From a virus, in the IMG/VR virus record IMGVR_UViG_3300001199_000009, positions 1 to 51,476 of that record: a stretch of 51,476 bases of DNA; one strand, given 5' to 3'. A model generated the notes under the pieces. That model ran no database searches. It worked only from the letters and a program-made list of their open reading frames with translations, and was not told the origin of the DNA. A program made the translations under genes and the position numbers. Below are positions 9,999 through 18,973 of this stretch, piece by piece; the first letter of the stretch is position 1, and every line of letters begins with the position of its first letter.

Positions 9999-10062
9999 TG
10001 GCTGGCTATAAACTATAGACACATGTATCCTTAACCACCAGAAGAATGAACAGGAAAAACAA

Positions 10063-10302
10063 ATGATTGATGAAGTGCAAAACGAAACCCCCTCTCAAGA
10101 AAAAGATATAATAGATGGACTTGGCCCGATCGAAACCCGAATTATTAATTTGCTCGGCCTTCAACCACATGTTCTCTATGCTTTAAATAAAATCCTCGAG
10201 GCTGAACGAGGCTTTAAGAACAGCCGTATTTCAACCATTAAAGATGTTATTGTTCAAGCGTGCGAACAACGAGCAGAAACATATAATAGATACAGACTCT
10301 AA
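10063..10302 (+). CDS. Hypothetical small protein (79 aa) downstream of hsdS
   Basis: AGGAAA SD-like sequence. Same strand as hsdMS. No motif recognised. Confidence 0.45.
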   Translation: MIDEVQNETPSQEKDIIDGLGPIETRIINLLGLQPHVLYALNKILEAERGFKNSRISTIKDVIVQACEQRAETYNRYRL

Positions 10303-10544
10303 AACAAAAGGGCATCTTGTTTCAATAATAAATCTGGAGAAGGCGCAATATCTTGCTGTATGCCATCTAAAAGTATTTTAAAAGATTTGCTTTCATTCAA
10401 AACTACTAAGCTAATCATAAAGCTTAGCAAACTAGAGTAATCTCTGAACTCCCATTTTTCTAGGGTTTCACGTAATTTATTCAATTCTCCATTATTAATT
10501 TCTAAAAGAAGGGAATCTCCTTTTTTTTCTGCTTTAATAGCCAT
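10299..10544 (-). CDS. Small hypothetical protein (81 aa), paralog of 10658..10888
   Basis: Shared block LLLEINNGELNKLRETLEKWEFRDYSSLLSFMISLVV versus LFLEIDNGDLSNMQEVIKKWNFKDEQALWRFCLSLLL. Confidence 0.6.
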   Translation of the reverse strand: MAIKAEKKGDSLLLEINNGELNKLRETLEKWEFRDYSSLLSFMISLVVLNESKSFKILLDGIQQDIAPSPDLLLKQDALLF

Positions 10545-10657
10545 ATACTAAACCTTTCTTTATCCCTCAACGTATAACTATTTTACGCTATGGCCGCTAA
10601 AGTAGTAAGCAGGTTGTGGAGCATAACCGACATAGTGAATTTAATGGAGTAAAGCAG

Positions 10658-10888
10658 ATGTCTGTTGTTACAAAATATGAAAATGATAATAAATTATTTT
10701 TAGAGATAGATAATGGTGACTTATCTAACATGCAAGAGGTCATTAAAAAATGGAACTTTAAAGATGAACAAGCATTATGGAGATTTTGTTTGAGCTTATT
10801 ACTATCCACTCAAGATAAAACATTATGGATCAAGGAAGAAGGTGAGCGTATAAGAGTGACGCCCGCTAATCATAATATCAGAGTATAG
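10658..10888 (+). CDS. Small hypothetical protein (76 aa from ATG 10658), paralog of 10299..10544, divergently transcribed
   Basis: GGAG SD 8 nt upstream of ATG 10658. The track start at 10616 is a GTG without an SD. Paralogy as described for 10299..10544. Confidence 0.6.
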   Translation: MSVVTKYENDNKLFLEIDNGDLSNMQEVIKKWNFKDEQALWRFCLSLLLSTQDKTLWIKEEGERIRVTPANHNIRV

Positions 10889-11044
10889 CACCAAGGGGAT
10901 TCCAACCCCTATTTACCCTTTCTAATTAAGGGCATCTTGTTTCAATGTCCACATGTAGACATCATGACGCAGCGAGAGGAATCTTCTCGCCATTCGGCGG
11001 CATCCCGCTATTAGATGATAGTGCTATGAAAAGATATTATCTTA

Positions 11045-11647
11045 TTACCTTTTCAAGTCCAATACGTTGCTTTGGTTCATTGCGTAAGGGTTCATACTAT
11101 TTTGACGTGCTTTTTGGACGATCGCGTTGTTCATACGTCGCTCACCATCAATGCGCGCTTTAATGCTATTGTGTGTTGCAATGTCAATTTTAAGCAATAT
11201 CTGATCAATACAAACAACAAATCTTTTATATATATCGCTGTGTTGGTTGACGCTTGGGATAGATGAAACCAACCACTCGGGCACTTCCTCTAACGTAACG
11301 CCAACCCATCCTAAATTCTCTTTTTCACGAATACTCATGTCATCCAAAGGACAGAACAACAAATAATAGCCTGCTTCCTCGAATCTCTCTTGAACCCCAG
11401 ATGGCAAACAAAAAGCGTTTTGGGCCCATGGCATTAAATCCTCGTTGCCCTTGTTGGCTTTAACGTTCCGCTCAATATCACGGTGAATCTTATTGTTTGT
11501 GCGATGTGTTTGACGAATAGGATCAGATGGACTGTGTGAAGGCCTACCACGCTTTCTATTTAAACGACCTTCAATAGGCACATCATCATGATCACTTGGA
11601 GCATTAAAGATTACAACTTGTTCCTCAAGATTCTTTTCATCTGTCAT
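11045..11647 (-). CDS. Hypothetical late protein (200 aa)
   Basis: AAGGA SD inside the end of the upstream gene. Last gene before the inserted cassette. Confidence 0.6.
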   Translation of the reverse strand: MTDEKNLEEQVVIFNAPSDHDDVPIEGRLNRKRGRPSHSPSDPIRQTHRTNNKIHRDIERNVKANKGNEDLMPWAQNAFCLPSGVQERFEEAGYYLLFCPLDDMSIREKENLGWVGVTLEEVPEWLVSSIPSVNQHSDIYKRFVVCIDQILLKIDIATHNSIKARIDGERRMNNAIVQKARQNSMNPYAMNQSNVLDLKR

Positions 11648-11649
11648 TA

Positions 11650-12705
11650 TTATTTTTCCTTAATGTTCTTGTTAACTTCCAAATAGTGTTGCATGTATTC
11701 CTCTTTGCTCATCCCCGCTGGAATTCTGTGTGTTTCCAAAAGAGAACGCGCAAACGGATGGATCTGACTTGAAGCTGACGTAGCCTGAGATGAACGAGCG
11801 CGAGATGAGTTAGGCGACGATGTGGCCGGTGCCGCACTTGGTTTAGTTGGCATCTGAGTTGTCAAAGGATGTTGATAAGCTTGTTGTGGCTGCTGAACCT
11901 GTTGTGGCGGAGCATATTGGTAATACTGCTGCTGCGGCTGCAGCTGCGCGTAAGAAGGGTGCTGGTGCTGTGAAAGGTATTGTGAAATGTGTTGTGGCTG
12001 CGGGTGTTGTGGCTGCACAGGCTGCCCAGTATAACCATAGTAAGGCGTTTGCATGGGCGCAGGATTAACGGCAGGTGTGTAAACCTGATGATTCTGAGGA
12101 ATATTCTTCTTGTCCTCCCGAAGCCTGTCAATCTTGGCCAATTCACGGATTAAAATTGCGTGCTTAGCTGTTTCGCCCAATGAAATTGCATCATTTAAAC
12201 CTTCCATAATGCGTGCTTCGTAAGCGTCTAACTCTCTTTCTTCCTGCGCAATTTGCTTGGTGCGAAGCTCCATAACCTCAGCCTCTAGCTGCTGTTGCTT
12301 CTGCAAAAGATAAGGGCGTTCTTGCTCAATCTCTTTTAAATAATTTTCGCGGTATTGCTGTTCGTACTGCTGCGCATTATCGGTAAATTGTTTCTCAACT
12401 GCTTCTAGGTTCTCTGGTGATTCTTCTTCCGTGTGACGGCTAGTCTGTTCTTCTTCTTTGGGTGCAAGCTCGTCCCTACCCTCAAAATCAACCTGCGAAG
12501 CGATAGAGTCCCCCACCTCATCAACATGCTCTGGGATGTTTTCTAAGCCGCTGCCATCCTCAACAATTTGGCTATCATTAAGAATGGCGTGTATTTTTTC
12601 ACTTTCTTCTAAAAGCTTTTTGTAGGCACCCTCGTTAGCTTCGGATGGACTAAATTGTTGTGATCCATCAAAAATGGGAATTACTTTTGGCTCTTGAGTT
12701 TCCAT
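11650..12705 (-). CDS. Putative scaffolding-like protein (acidic coiled-coil N-terminal half, Gln/Pro-rich C-terminal half)
   Basis: Composition and position between the portal and capsid genes. Track start 12711 is a GTG; the first ATG is at 12705. Confidence 0.35.
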   Translation of the reverse strand: METQEPKVIPIFDGSQQFSPSEANEGAYKKLLEESEKIHAILNDSQIVEDGSGLENIPEHVDEVGDSIASQVDFEGRDELAPKEEEQTSRHTEEESPENLEAVEKQFTDNAQQYEQQYRENYLKEIEQERPYLLQKQQQLEAEVMELRTKQIAQEERELDAYEARIMEGLNDAISLGETAKHAILIRELAKIDRLREDKKNIPQNHQVYTPAVNPAPMQTPYYGYTGQPVQPQHPQPQHISQYLSQHQHPSYAQLQPQQQYYQYAPPQQVQQPQQAYQHPLTTQMPTKPSAAPATSSPNSSRARSSQATSASSQIHPFARSLLETHRIPAGMSKEEYMQHYLEVNKNIKEK

Positions 12706-12723
12706 AATCACAACTTTCTATTT

Positions 12724-13236
12724 CTAATCATATGTAATGTCACTGCCAGCTAATCTGCGACGCTCTGCACGTGACGAATGAAGCCATGAAGAAGCATGTT
12801 CTCTAATTCTTTTGAGCTTGTCTTCAAACAACAAATAACAGTCCCACGTATCAAGCTCATCGTGCCGACCCATAATACGAGAATCGGCAATATAATAAAC
12901 CATCACACCATTTACCTTGCGTGACTGTGGGTGGAACTCCTCAAATGATATCCACTCGCCAGTTTTATACGGACATTCAGCGCGCGAACCGTCTTGGTTC
13001 TTTACTTCCTCAAAACAATGATCGCCAATCTTAAGAATCATGCCGTAGTTAGCTGATTGCTTCATTGAATCTGTTGAAAAAGAGGTTTGCACTAACCCCT
13101 GCATCATACTTATGCCAGGTGGGGCTAAAATAAGAAGCTCCCACAATGGAACACTTATTTTGGTTCCTAAATATATCTGGTCTAAATCGTCCCGACCAAG
13201 CGGGTTAAAAGTATCAAAATCGAGTAAATCATTCAT
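12724..13236 (-). CDS. Hypothetical head-module protein with a Cpn10/GroES-like sequence pattern
   Basis: PLWELLILAPPGISMMQGLVQTS...YGMILKIGDHCF...CPYKTGEWISFEEF...VMVYYIADSRIMG follows the GroES pattern P-L-x-D-R-V-hhh...GGI-hh...G-x-V-h-A-V-G...hhxGDxVhF...hhhhxxxDIhA. ATG 13236 has the SD GAGGGG. Confidence 0.3.
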   Translation of the reverse strand: MNDLLDFDTFNPLGRDDLDQIYLGTKISVPLWELLILAPPGISMMQGLVQTSFSTDSMKQSANYGMILKIGDHCFEEVKNQDGSRAECPYKTGEWISFEEFHPQSRKVNGVMVYYIADSRIMGRHDELDTWDCYLLFEDKLKRIREHASSWLHSSRAERRRLAGSDITYD

Positions 13237-13351
13237 TATCACCCCTCTAGATAACTTAACATATCAAAGTTTTGAAAAAATGTTTAGCTCTTTTGGAATA
13301 AAAGAAGCCAACCACCTTATTATCGGTCGTTGGCTGTTAGGTATGAATTTA

Positions 13352-13368
13352 CGCAACAGCTTGTTGCG
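13352..13368 (-). promoter_or_regulatory. Hairpin CGCAACA-gct-TGTTGCG in the 177-nt gap inside the late operon. A second one, AGCCAAC-N16-GTTGGCT, lies at 13306-13335
   Basis: Inverted repeats read directly. The function is unknown. Confidence 0.2.
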
Positions 13369-13419
13369 CAATTACCTTGGGGGCATATTACCCATATTTT
13401 GGATCGATAGAAAAATGAT

Positions 13420-13761
13420 CTAGTACGGTAAATTAGTTTGATTGCGTTGATTCAATTGTTGCTGCCCTGGCTGTGCCATTGGTTGCTGACCCATAGGCTG
13501 TGTTGGGGTGACAGGGGCTGGGGGAGCAGAGGGCGTAGCTGCCTGAGTAACAGTATTAACGGGTCCACCAACCGCACGTTTCGCGCGATCTGATGCATCT
13601 GGTGCCCCATGTTTTTTGAAATCAAAAGCGTTACGGCTTGGTGAGTAAACGCCACCACTCCCGCTTTTTCTGAAATCAAAACCGTTTTCGGTTGGGCGAT
13701 AAATTTTACTTGGGCCCGCTTTTTTGAAGCAGTAACCGCCGTCAGTTGGTGTGTAGGCCAT
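13420..13761 (-). CDS. Small repeat protein (three Y-x-P-x3-G-F/Y-x-F-K/R-K-x-G units, Gln/Pro-rich tail)
   Basis: YTPTDGGYCFKKAG / YRPTENGFDFRKSG / YSPSRNAFDFKKHG. Overlaps the portal stop. GGAG SD lies 9 nt before ATG 13761. Confidence 0.55.
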   Translation of the reverse strand: MAYTPTDGGYCFKKAGPSKIYRPTENGFDFRKSGSGGVYSPSRNAFDFKKHGAPDASDRAKRAVGGPVNTVTQAATPSAPPAPVTPTQPMGQQPMAQPGQQQLNQRNQTNLPY

Positions 13762-16414
13762 CGTCATGTACTCCTAGTTGTTCATTGTTAATTATATCAT
13801 TATTTCCATCGTCAGTCATCGGTGGATTTAATATACTTTGTTCTTGCTGATGTATGTTTAAAACCTTTTGTAGCCCCTCTAATTGAGCTGTTAAATGATC
13901 TAGTTGTTGGTTGTGCTGTTTAATTTCATTATCAAAATGATGAGATTGAAATTCTAACTCCAACCTTATGTTTTCTCTTACCTGCTCTTGTGCGTGGATA
14001 GCGGCTTTTAATGATTCCAATTCGGCATTGATATGCACCTTGGCGTCTTCAACACTTAGTTTCTTCATGGCTATCTCCGCATCGATCATAGCCGTTTCTT
14101 TTTTCATCTTAATCTCTTCAAGCTTAATTAAGCCTGGATCAATAGGTTTGTTTTGTTGCTCATGCTGTTTCATTTTTTCAGCACCTGCAGCTAAAGCTAA
14201 CGCTAATTGATTTTCTTGATCAGGCGGCAATTGCGACGGCCCACCTGGTTGTTGTGGTTGACCACCTTGTGCCCCCTGACCTGGTTGTGGAACTTGCACG
14301 CCTGACGCCATTTGGAGCTGTAAAAACATCAGGTCAGCCTCATGCTCTTTAATGTGAGCTTGGGTGGCCGCTATCACTTGAGGATCTGAATGGTTCAACA
14401 ACAGAGAGTGCACCGTAATATGAGCTTGGTGTTCCTGCTCGATGTAAGATTTCACGGGCTTAGACTGCAACAAGAAAGTGTTTTCAGTTAAAGGGTCCAT
14501 GGACGGAGGTGGAGGCGGTGGGGCGTTGTCGGGAATAACAACAATTTTTTTAATCTCATCATCTTTCAAACCCAAATCACTATATAAACGAATAAGCACT
14601 TGAGGTAGGTTATGGTTTTGAGGCATGGACTTGGCTTGATCCAAGATAAGCTGCGAACGCATCAGCTTATATGCCGTGCTCTCCCCAGAAAATTGACCGC
14701 ATGGAATAATCTCAAGGCCAGGTGAAAAGTCCTCTTTGCAAATATTAAGTAGTTCGCCACGCCATTGAATGCTAAACATTTGTTGGGCAGGCAACCATTC
14801 AAAGAATTTGCGCTTAAAGACACCTAATTCCTGCGAAAATGAATCATAAAAACCTTGCAGAATGGCGTTTGGTAATTGTTCCATACGCTGCAAAATGGCA
14901 AGCAGGTTAACGCCAGGGGCTTGTGTGGCCAAGTTCACCATGTCTTGGCTTACCACATGGGAAAACTGCCTAATCTCCCCCTCAAGCTGTTGCATGAGCT
15001 GCAAAATAACTGGGCTTGCCTCATTGTGCGGCATATAAGAAATTGATTTACTCAAATCACCTTCACTGTTAGGTGCCGTAAAGAATTTCCCGCTCTTAAA
15101 ATCAAATGTTCGATCAGTTACACGCCCACTTGGCGCAATAAAGCCTGTAGGTGTGTTGGCCAACAAAGCGTTATCAACTAAACCACGTTGAAGAACGGTA
15201 GCCGCTCGCGCTTTCTGTCCGCAAATATTCATCAGCCCATAGGAATGGTCATCATAAGATGGCATAAATGAATATCGAATATAGTCATTCAAAGGAAACT
15301 TTAAGGGGGCGGTTTCGTCGAAGTTATGACGAATGTTTGTTATAACTCCTTCTTCGCCCACTTGAATGGTGTAGGGAATTTCATGTGGGTCGCCTTCTTT
15401 GAGGTCCGGATCACTTGCGATATGAAGATCATTGTAATACTCATAGCCTTGGAATATTTTCGCGAAATCCTCGTCATATTCGTCATTGCCCGAATCAAGC
15501 GTACGTCCTGTTTGCTCTTTAAGTTTTGCTTTGAATCCTTCCTTTCTATCATCAGCTGAAATGGGTTTATCAAACATAGATGACCATTCACCGCTATCAA
15601 GCTTTCTTTCCATCTCAGATAAAGTAATGCGGTAAGCGTGAACAAAACCTCGGATGTGATAAAAGGATCTATCTTCCTCAGTAAAAAAGAAATCGCCAGG
15701 CTCAAGTAAGGCCGCATCAGGATAACCGCGATTAGGGCAATGATATATTTTGCGCATCGCGTCGCCATCTGTGATGGCATAGAGCAAAGATGTGGCAAGT
15801 TTGTGTCTGTATTCTGGCAACAATTCTTTTGTGAAATAAGCATCGCACCATTTAACAACACGCTCGGTAACAACGGCTATATCGGGGTTGCCCTCTAAAT
15901 GAGAACCAACAATAGTGTCAAATTTTTTATCTCTTAAAAAAAGAATTGTTAAAACGTTAAAACAAATGCTCATAGCTGTTTCAATAAGAGCTGTTGAAAA
16001 CAATTCCATAGAGCCACTGCCCTTAATGTAATTATCATCACCATTGCCAAGGGTTTGAGTAACCGAACCACTACCAGATTGGGAGGGTGCCTTCACCGAC
16101 ATCAGTTTGAGAAAACTCGCAAAGTTAGATGCAACATCCTGGTTGCTGTCCCTGCCCTTCTTAATTTTTGGCCATAACTTTTTTTGAAGAGCGGCCACAT
16201 CCTCGGGGTCTAACTCGGGAATAAGGTTACGAAAGAAGTCTTTTGGAGGTGCTTGATAAGCCTCAGCGTAATGTATTTGCGGTTGAACAGGCACAGGCAT
16301 TTGAGGCATAGGCGGCATGCCCCCCATATCCTGTGGCGGCATTCCCATGCCCCCATCAATCATATTGGGCGGGATCATACTCTGGGCTTGCTGGTTTAAT
16401 AAATCTTCGTTCAT
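13742..16414 (-). CDS. Putative portal protein (890 aa from ATG 16414) with a long C-terminal coiled-coil extension
   Basis: Large ORF immediately after and overlapping the terminase gene. GAGGAAG SD lies 5 nt before ATG 16414 (track start 16429 is a TTG). Assigned by size and synteny only. Confidence 0.65.
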   Translation of the reverse strand: MNEDLLNQQAQSMIPPNMIDGGMGMPPQDMGGMPPMPQMPVPVQPQIHYAEAYQAPPKDFFRNLIPELDPEDVAALQKKLWPKIKKGRDSNQDVASNFASFLKLMSVKAPSQSGSGSVTQTLGNGDDNYIKGSGSMELFSTALIETAMSICFNVLTILFLRDKKFDTIVGSHLEGNPDIAVVTERVVKWCDAYFTKELLPEYRHKLATSLLYAITDGDAMRKIYHCPNRGYPDAALLEPGDFFFTEEDRSFYHIRGFVHAYRITLSEMERKLDSGEWSSMFDKPISADDRKEGFKAKLKEQTGRTLDSGNDEYDEDFAKIFQGYEYYNDLHIASDPDLKEGDPHEIPYTIQVGEEGVITNIRHNFDETAPLKFPLNDYIRYSFMPSYDDHSYGLMNICGQKARAATVLQRGLVDNALLANTPTGFIAPSGRVTDRTFDFKSGKFFTAPNSEGDLSKSISYMPHNEASPVILQLMQQLEGEIRQFSHVVSQDMVNLATQAPGVNLLAILQRMEQLPNAILQGFYDSFSQELGVFKRKFFEWLPAQQMFSIQWRGELLNICKEDFSPGLEIIPCGQFSGESTAYKLMRSQLILDQAKSMPQNHNLPQVLIRLYSDLGLKDDEIKKIVVIPDNAPPPPPPSMDPLTENTFLLQSKPVKSYIEQEHQAHITVHSLLLNHSDPQVIAATQAHIKEHEADLMFLQLQMASGVQVPQPGQGAQGGQPQQPGGPSQLPPDQENQLALALAAGAEKMKQHEQQNKPIDPGLIKLEEIKMKKETAMIDAEIAMKKLSVEDAKVHINAELESLKAAIHAQEQVRENIRLELEFQSHHFDNEIKQHNQQLDHLTAQLEGLQKVLNIHQQEQSILNPPMTDDGNNDIINNEQLGVHDDGLHTN

Positions 16415-17978
16415 TATCTTCCTCAACAATCTTGTCCCTGTTCGTGATTAAACAGCGTTGAGCTAGTTTGGCTAGTGCCTGGCTCATACTATCAACAATA
16501 TCAAGGATGTCGGAGTTAGGGTCACCCTTAGGGAAATATTGAGAGCAGTACATAAGATGTTCGGCTGCTTTGTTGGGCTCTGTGTAGTCTGGCCCCTTAC
16601 AACCTAGCCAAACATATCCCGCTTCAATAAAGCCAGAAATGGACGCGCACCGTTCCTCTTTGCTGCCATACTTGGTGGGATTAAAACCAGTTATGGGCAA
16701 ACCATGTTGGCTTAAATCTTGTTTTACACAATAACCACTTACTTTGGACTCAATAACAATTTCATCGGGTTGCCATTTTCGATCAAGTTTAATAACCGTA
16801 TCCCTTAATTCTGGATACAACATCCTCTTGGAAAACAAATCAAGCAATAAAACATGTGCGGTATCGTAACGATCCCTAAAGATACCCCATGTAGTACAAG
16901 CATTAAAGGCACTTGTGTTAGACGAGGTCAACGCAGTATCCCAACTTTGTAGTACATATTCTATTTCGGGATACCATGATTCCTGCCAGAACTGGAACCA
17001 TGCGGGGTCAATCATATTGCCCTCACTCAACAAAGGGTTTTGTTGATATTGGGCTTGTATCATGTGCTTATCTAAACCAGCTTGGCTGATGTAAAGAAAT
17101 TCTTCTGTGCGCCATTTGTATTCCATGCGCTCGCCCTCTTTTGTTCGAGGGTCACGCCATGGTTCCTTTGAACCACGAAGGGGAACGGTTTCACAAGATC
17201 TATGCTCTTCATATGTTTCAGGAATCCATAAATGTACCCATCTGTTCTGTGAATCACTTCTTAAGATATTGCCTGTTGCATCATCAGGATCAACCCGTTG
17301 TTGCGTAATAATACGCCCTGGCACCTGACTACTTCGTGTGCGTGTGCCTGCAATATAATTTACTTTTCTATTTGATTCATCTCTAATTGACTTAGATGTT
17401 ATTGCGTCTATACTAGTGGGATCATCAAGCAAAATAAAGTGCCCTCCAAACCCCATATTAGCACTTTTAAGCGCGGTTGCGCGTCGACTGCCGCCGGATA
17501 GAAGCTTAAAGAAAGAACGCCTCCGTGTCTTACCTAAAGCAATACTCTTACCCCAAAACTTTCTGTAATCCTTGTGGTTAACAAGCTCTTTGCATTTCTC
17601 ATTATTTTCAAGTGACAATTCCTTAGAGTATGAAGTGCACAGCCACTGAGCTTTGTTATTATGAATCCACCCAAATGCTGGCAACATCACACAATAAATG
17701 TTTGTTTTACCCCCGCGGGGGGGAACATTAACAATCAAATCTTTAATGCGCCTAAAAAAGAATTCCTCACCATGATCGCATTGAGCTTTAATGTGCCAAT
17801 TATCAATGTATGGGTCGGTGTCTATCCTGTCCCAAAAGTATTTGCAGAACTCATAGAACGATCCCTCTAACTTCTTTTTTATAGCTTCTTCTTCGGGAGT
17901 TAGGGGAATATCAGAAGCGGTGTTTCGTTCTCTCAGTATTAACTCTTCGGAAACACGAGATAGAAAAGTCTTGCGCAT
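16356..17978 (-). CDS. terL: Terminase large subunit
   Basis: Walker A-like VPPRGGKT and Walker B-like HFILLDDP. C-terminal nuclease-like half with conserved acidic residues (IVIESK, DIVDSM). Lies upstream of the portal. Confidence 0.85.
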   Translation of the reverse strand: MRKTFLSRVSEELILRERNTASDIPLTPEEEAIKKKLEGSFYEFCKYFWDRIDTDPYIDNWHIKAQCDHGEEFFFRRIKDLIVNVPPRGGKTNIYCVMLPAFGWIHNNKAQWLCTSYSKELSLENNEKCKELVNHKDYRKFWGKSIALGKTRRRSFFKLLSGGSRRATALKSANMGFGGHFILLDDPTSIDAITSKSIRDESNRKVNYIAGTRTRSSQVPGRIITQQRVDPDDATGNILRSDSQNRWVHLWIPETYEEHRSCETVPLRGSKEPWRDPRTKEGERMEYKWRTEEFLYISQAGLDKHMIQAQYQQNPLLSEGNMIDPAWFQFWQESWYPEIEYVLQSWDTALTSSNTSAFNACTTWGIFRDRYDTAHVLLLDLFSKRMLYPELRDTVIKLDRKWQPDEIVIESKVSGYCVKQDLSQHGLPITGFNPTKYGSKEERCASISGFIEAGYVWLGCKGPDYTEPNKAAEHLMYCSQYFPKGDPNSDILDIVDSMSQALAKLAQRCLITNRDKIVEEDNERRFIKPASPEYDPAQYD

Positions 17979-18005
17979 TATTCCTCAATAACAACCTATT
18001 CACAG

Positions 18006-18344
18006 TCACACCCATACAATATCATTTTTCCTGAGACGATAACCCAACCCATGATAATTAAGTATGCAACACGGATCACCACCGAGCACACGAATTGCTT
18101 TTCTTATATTGCAAATAAATACATTAATAACCCTAACACCACAAGTGTATTCCTCATCTTTATATAGTTCATCTAATATCTCGGTAAAGCGAACAACTTT
18201 ATCTGCATTCCTCGCCAGAATCTCAAGAACTTGATACTCACGCGGCATCATGACCAACTCTACCCCATCAACATACGCATAGAATCCAACGCTCTTGTCC
18301 AGCTCCAACGATAATTTCTTATATGTAACTTCTTCGTTTTTCAT
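18006..18344 (-). CDS. Stand-alone OmpR/PhoB-type winged-helix DNA-binding protein (Trans_reg_C domain only, no receiver domain)
   Basis: LSLELDKSVGFYAYVDGVELVMMPREYQVLEILARNADKVVRFTEILDELY...VINVFICNIRKAIR...ILNYHGLGYRL aligns along its length with the PhoB/OmpR effector domain. Confidence 0.85.
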   Translation of the reverse strand: MKNEEVTYKKLSLELDKSVGFYAYVDGVELVMMPREYQVLEILARNADKVVRFTEILDELYKDEEYTCGVRVINVFICNIRKAIRVLGGDPCCILNYHGLGYRLRKNDIVWV

Positions 18345-18364
18345 AGTTTGTTACCCTCTTAAAA

Positions 18365-18883
18365 TTAAATGATCGAAACTAAGGCAAGAAATACAATCCA
18401 CTGAAATGTTTGTGGACAACAAACATAATCCCACCAACTGCTTGATTCCTGTGACCGTTTAACCAAGAACTTGTAGATAATGGGATATCGTAAACGGGTT
18501 ACTTGGTTATCGTCATAACTTCGCCAAATTTCCCAGTCTTGCCAGGTGGAAGAAATGAAGGCAAGTTGTTTGTCTAATATCTGGGTTTTAGATGTTCCAG
18601 CACCTTCAATAGTCTCTAAGCGATCAACAAAAAAAGGAATGCTTTCGTTTCCCATACAATTACTGTAGTGAGACGCCACTAAAGTAGTCTTCAAATCACT
18701 CCAATAGGCGGGTGTTACTGGAGAGGGTGTCGGTGAGGGTGTGGAGTGGAGCGAGTCACAATTCTTGTAAGGAACCATCTTGCCACTAAACACCTCTATC
18801 AATTCTTTTTCTTCTACATCTTGCATAGAAAGCACAGGTGCTGCACTCATCAGAGCCAATGCCATTAACGTAATTTTCTTCAT
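18365..18883 (-). CDS. Secreted or membrane-anchored hypothetical protein (172 aa)
   Basis: Sec-type signal MKKITLMALALMSAAPVLSM. C-terminal hydrophobic WIVFLALVSII. AGGAG SD. Confidence 0.6.
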   Translation of the reverse strand: MKKITLMALALMSAAPVLSMQDVEEKELIEVFSGKMVPYKNCDSLHSTPSPTPSPVTPAYWSDLKTTLVASHYSNCMGNESIPFFVDRLETIEGAGTSKTQILDKQLAFISSTWQDWEIWRSYDDNQVTRLRYPIIYKFLVKRSQESSSWWDYVCCPQTFQWIVFLALVSII

Positions 18884-18973
18884 AGTTTTTCTCCTAAGCT
18901 GTTGTTGTTAACACACATTAACACGATAGCATTAGATAATACAAACAACGCATTAATGGTCATTAAAATGATT

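Noticed and set aside
16415-16429. Track start codon of the portal ORF at 16429
   Set aside because: That codon is a TTG with no SD. ATG 16414 is preceded by GAGGAAG at proper spacing, so the shorter form was adopted.
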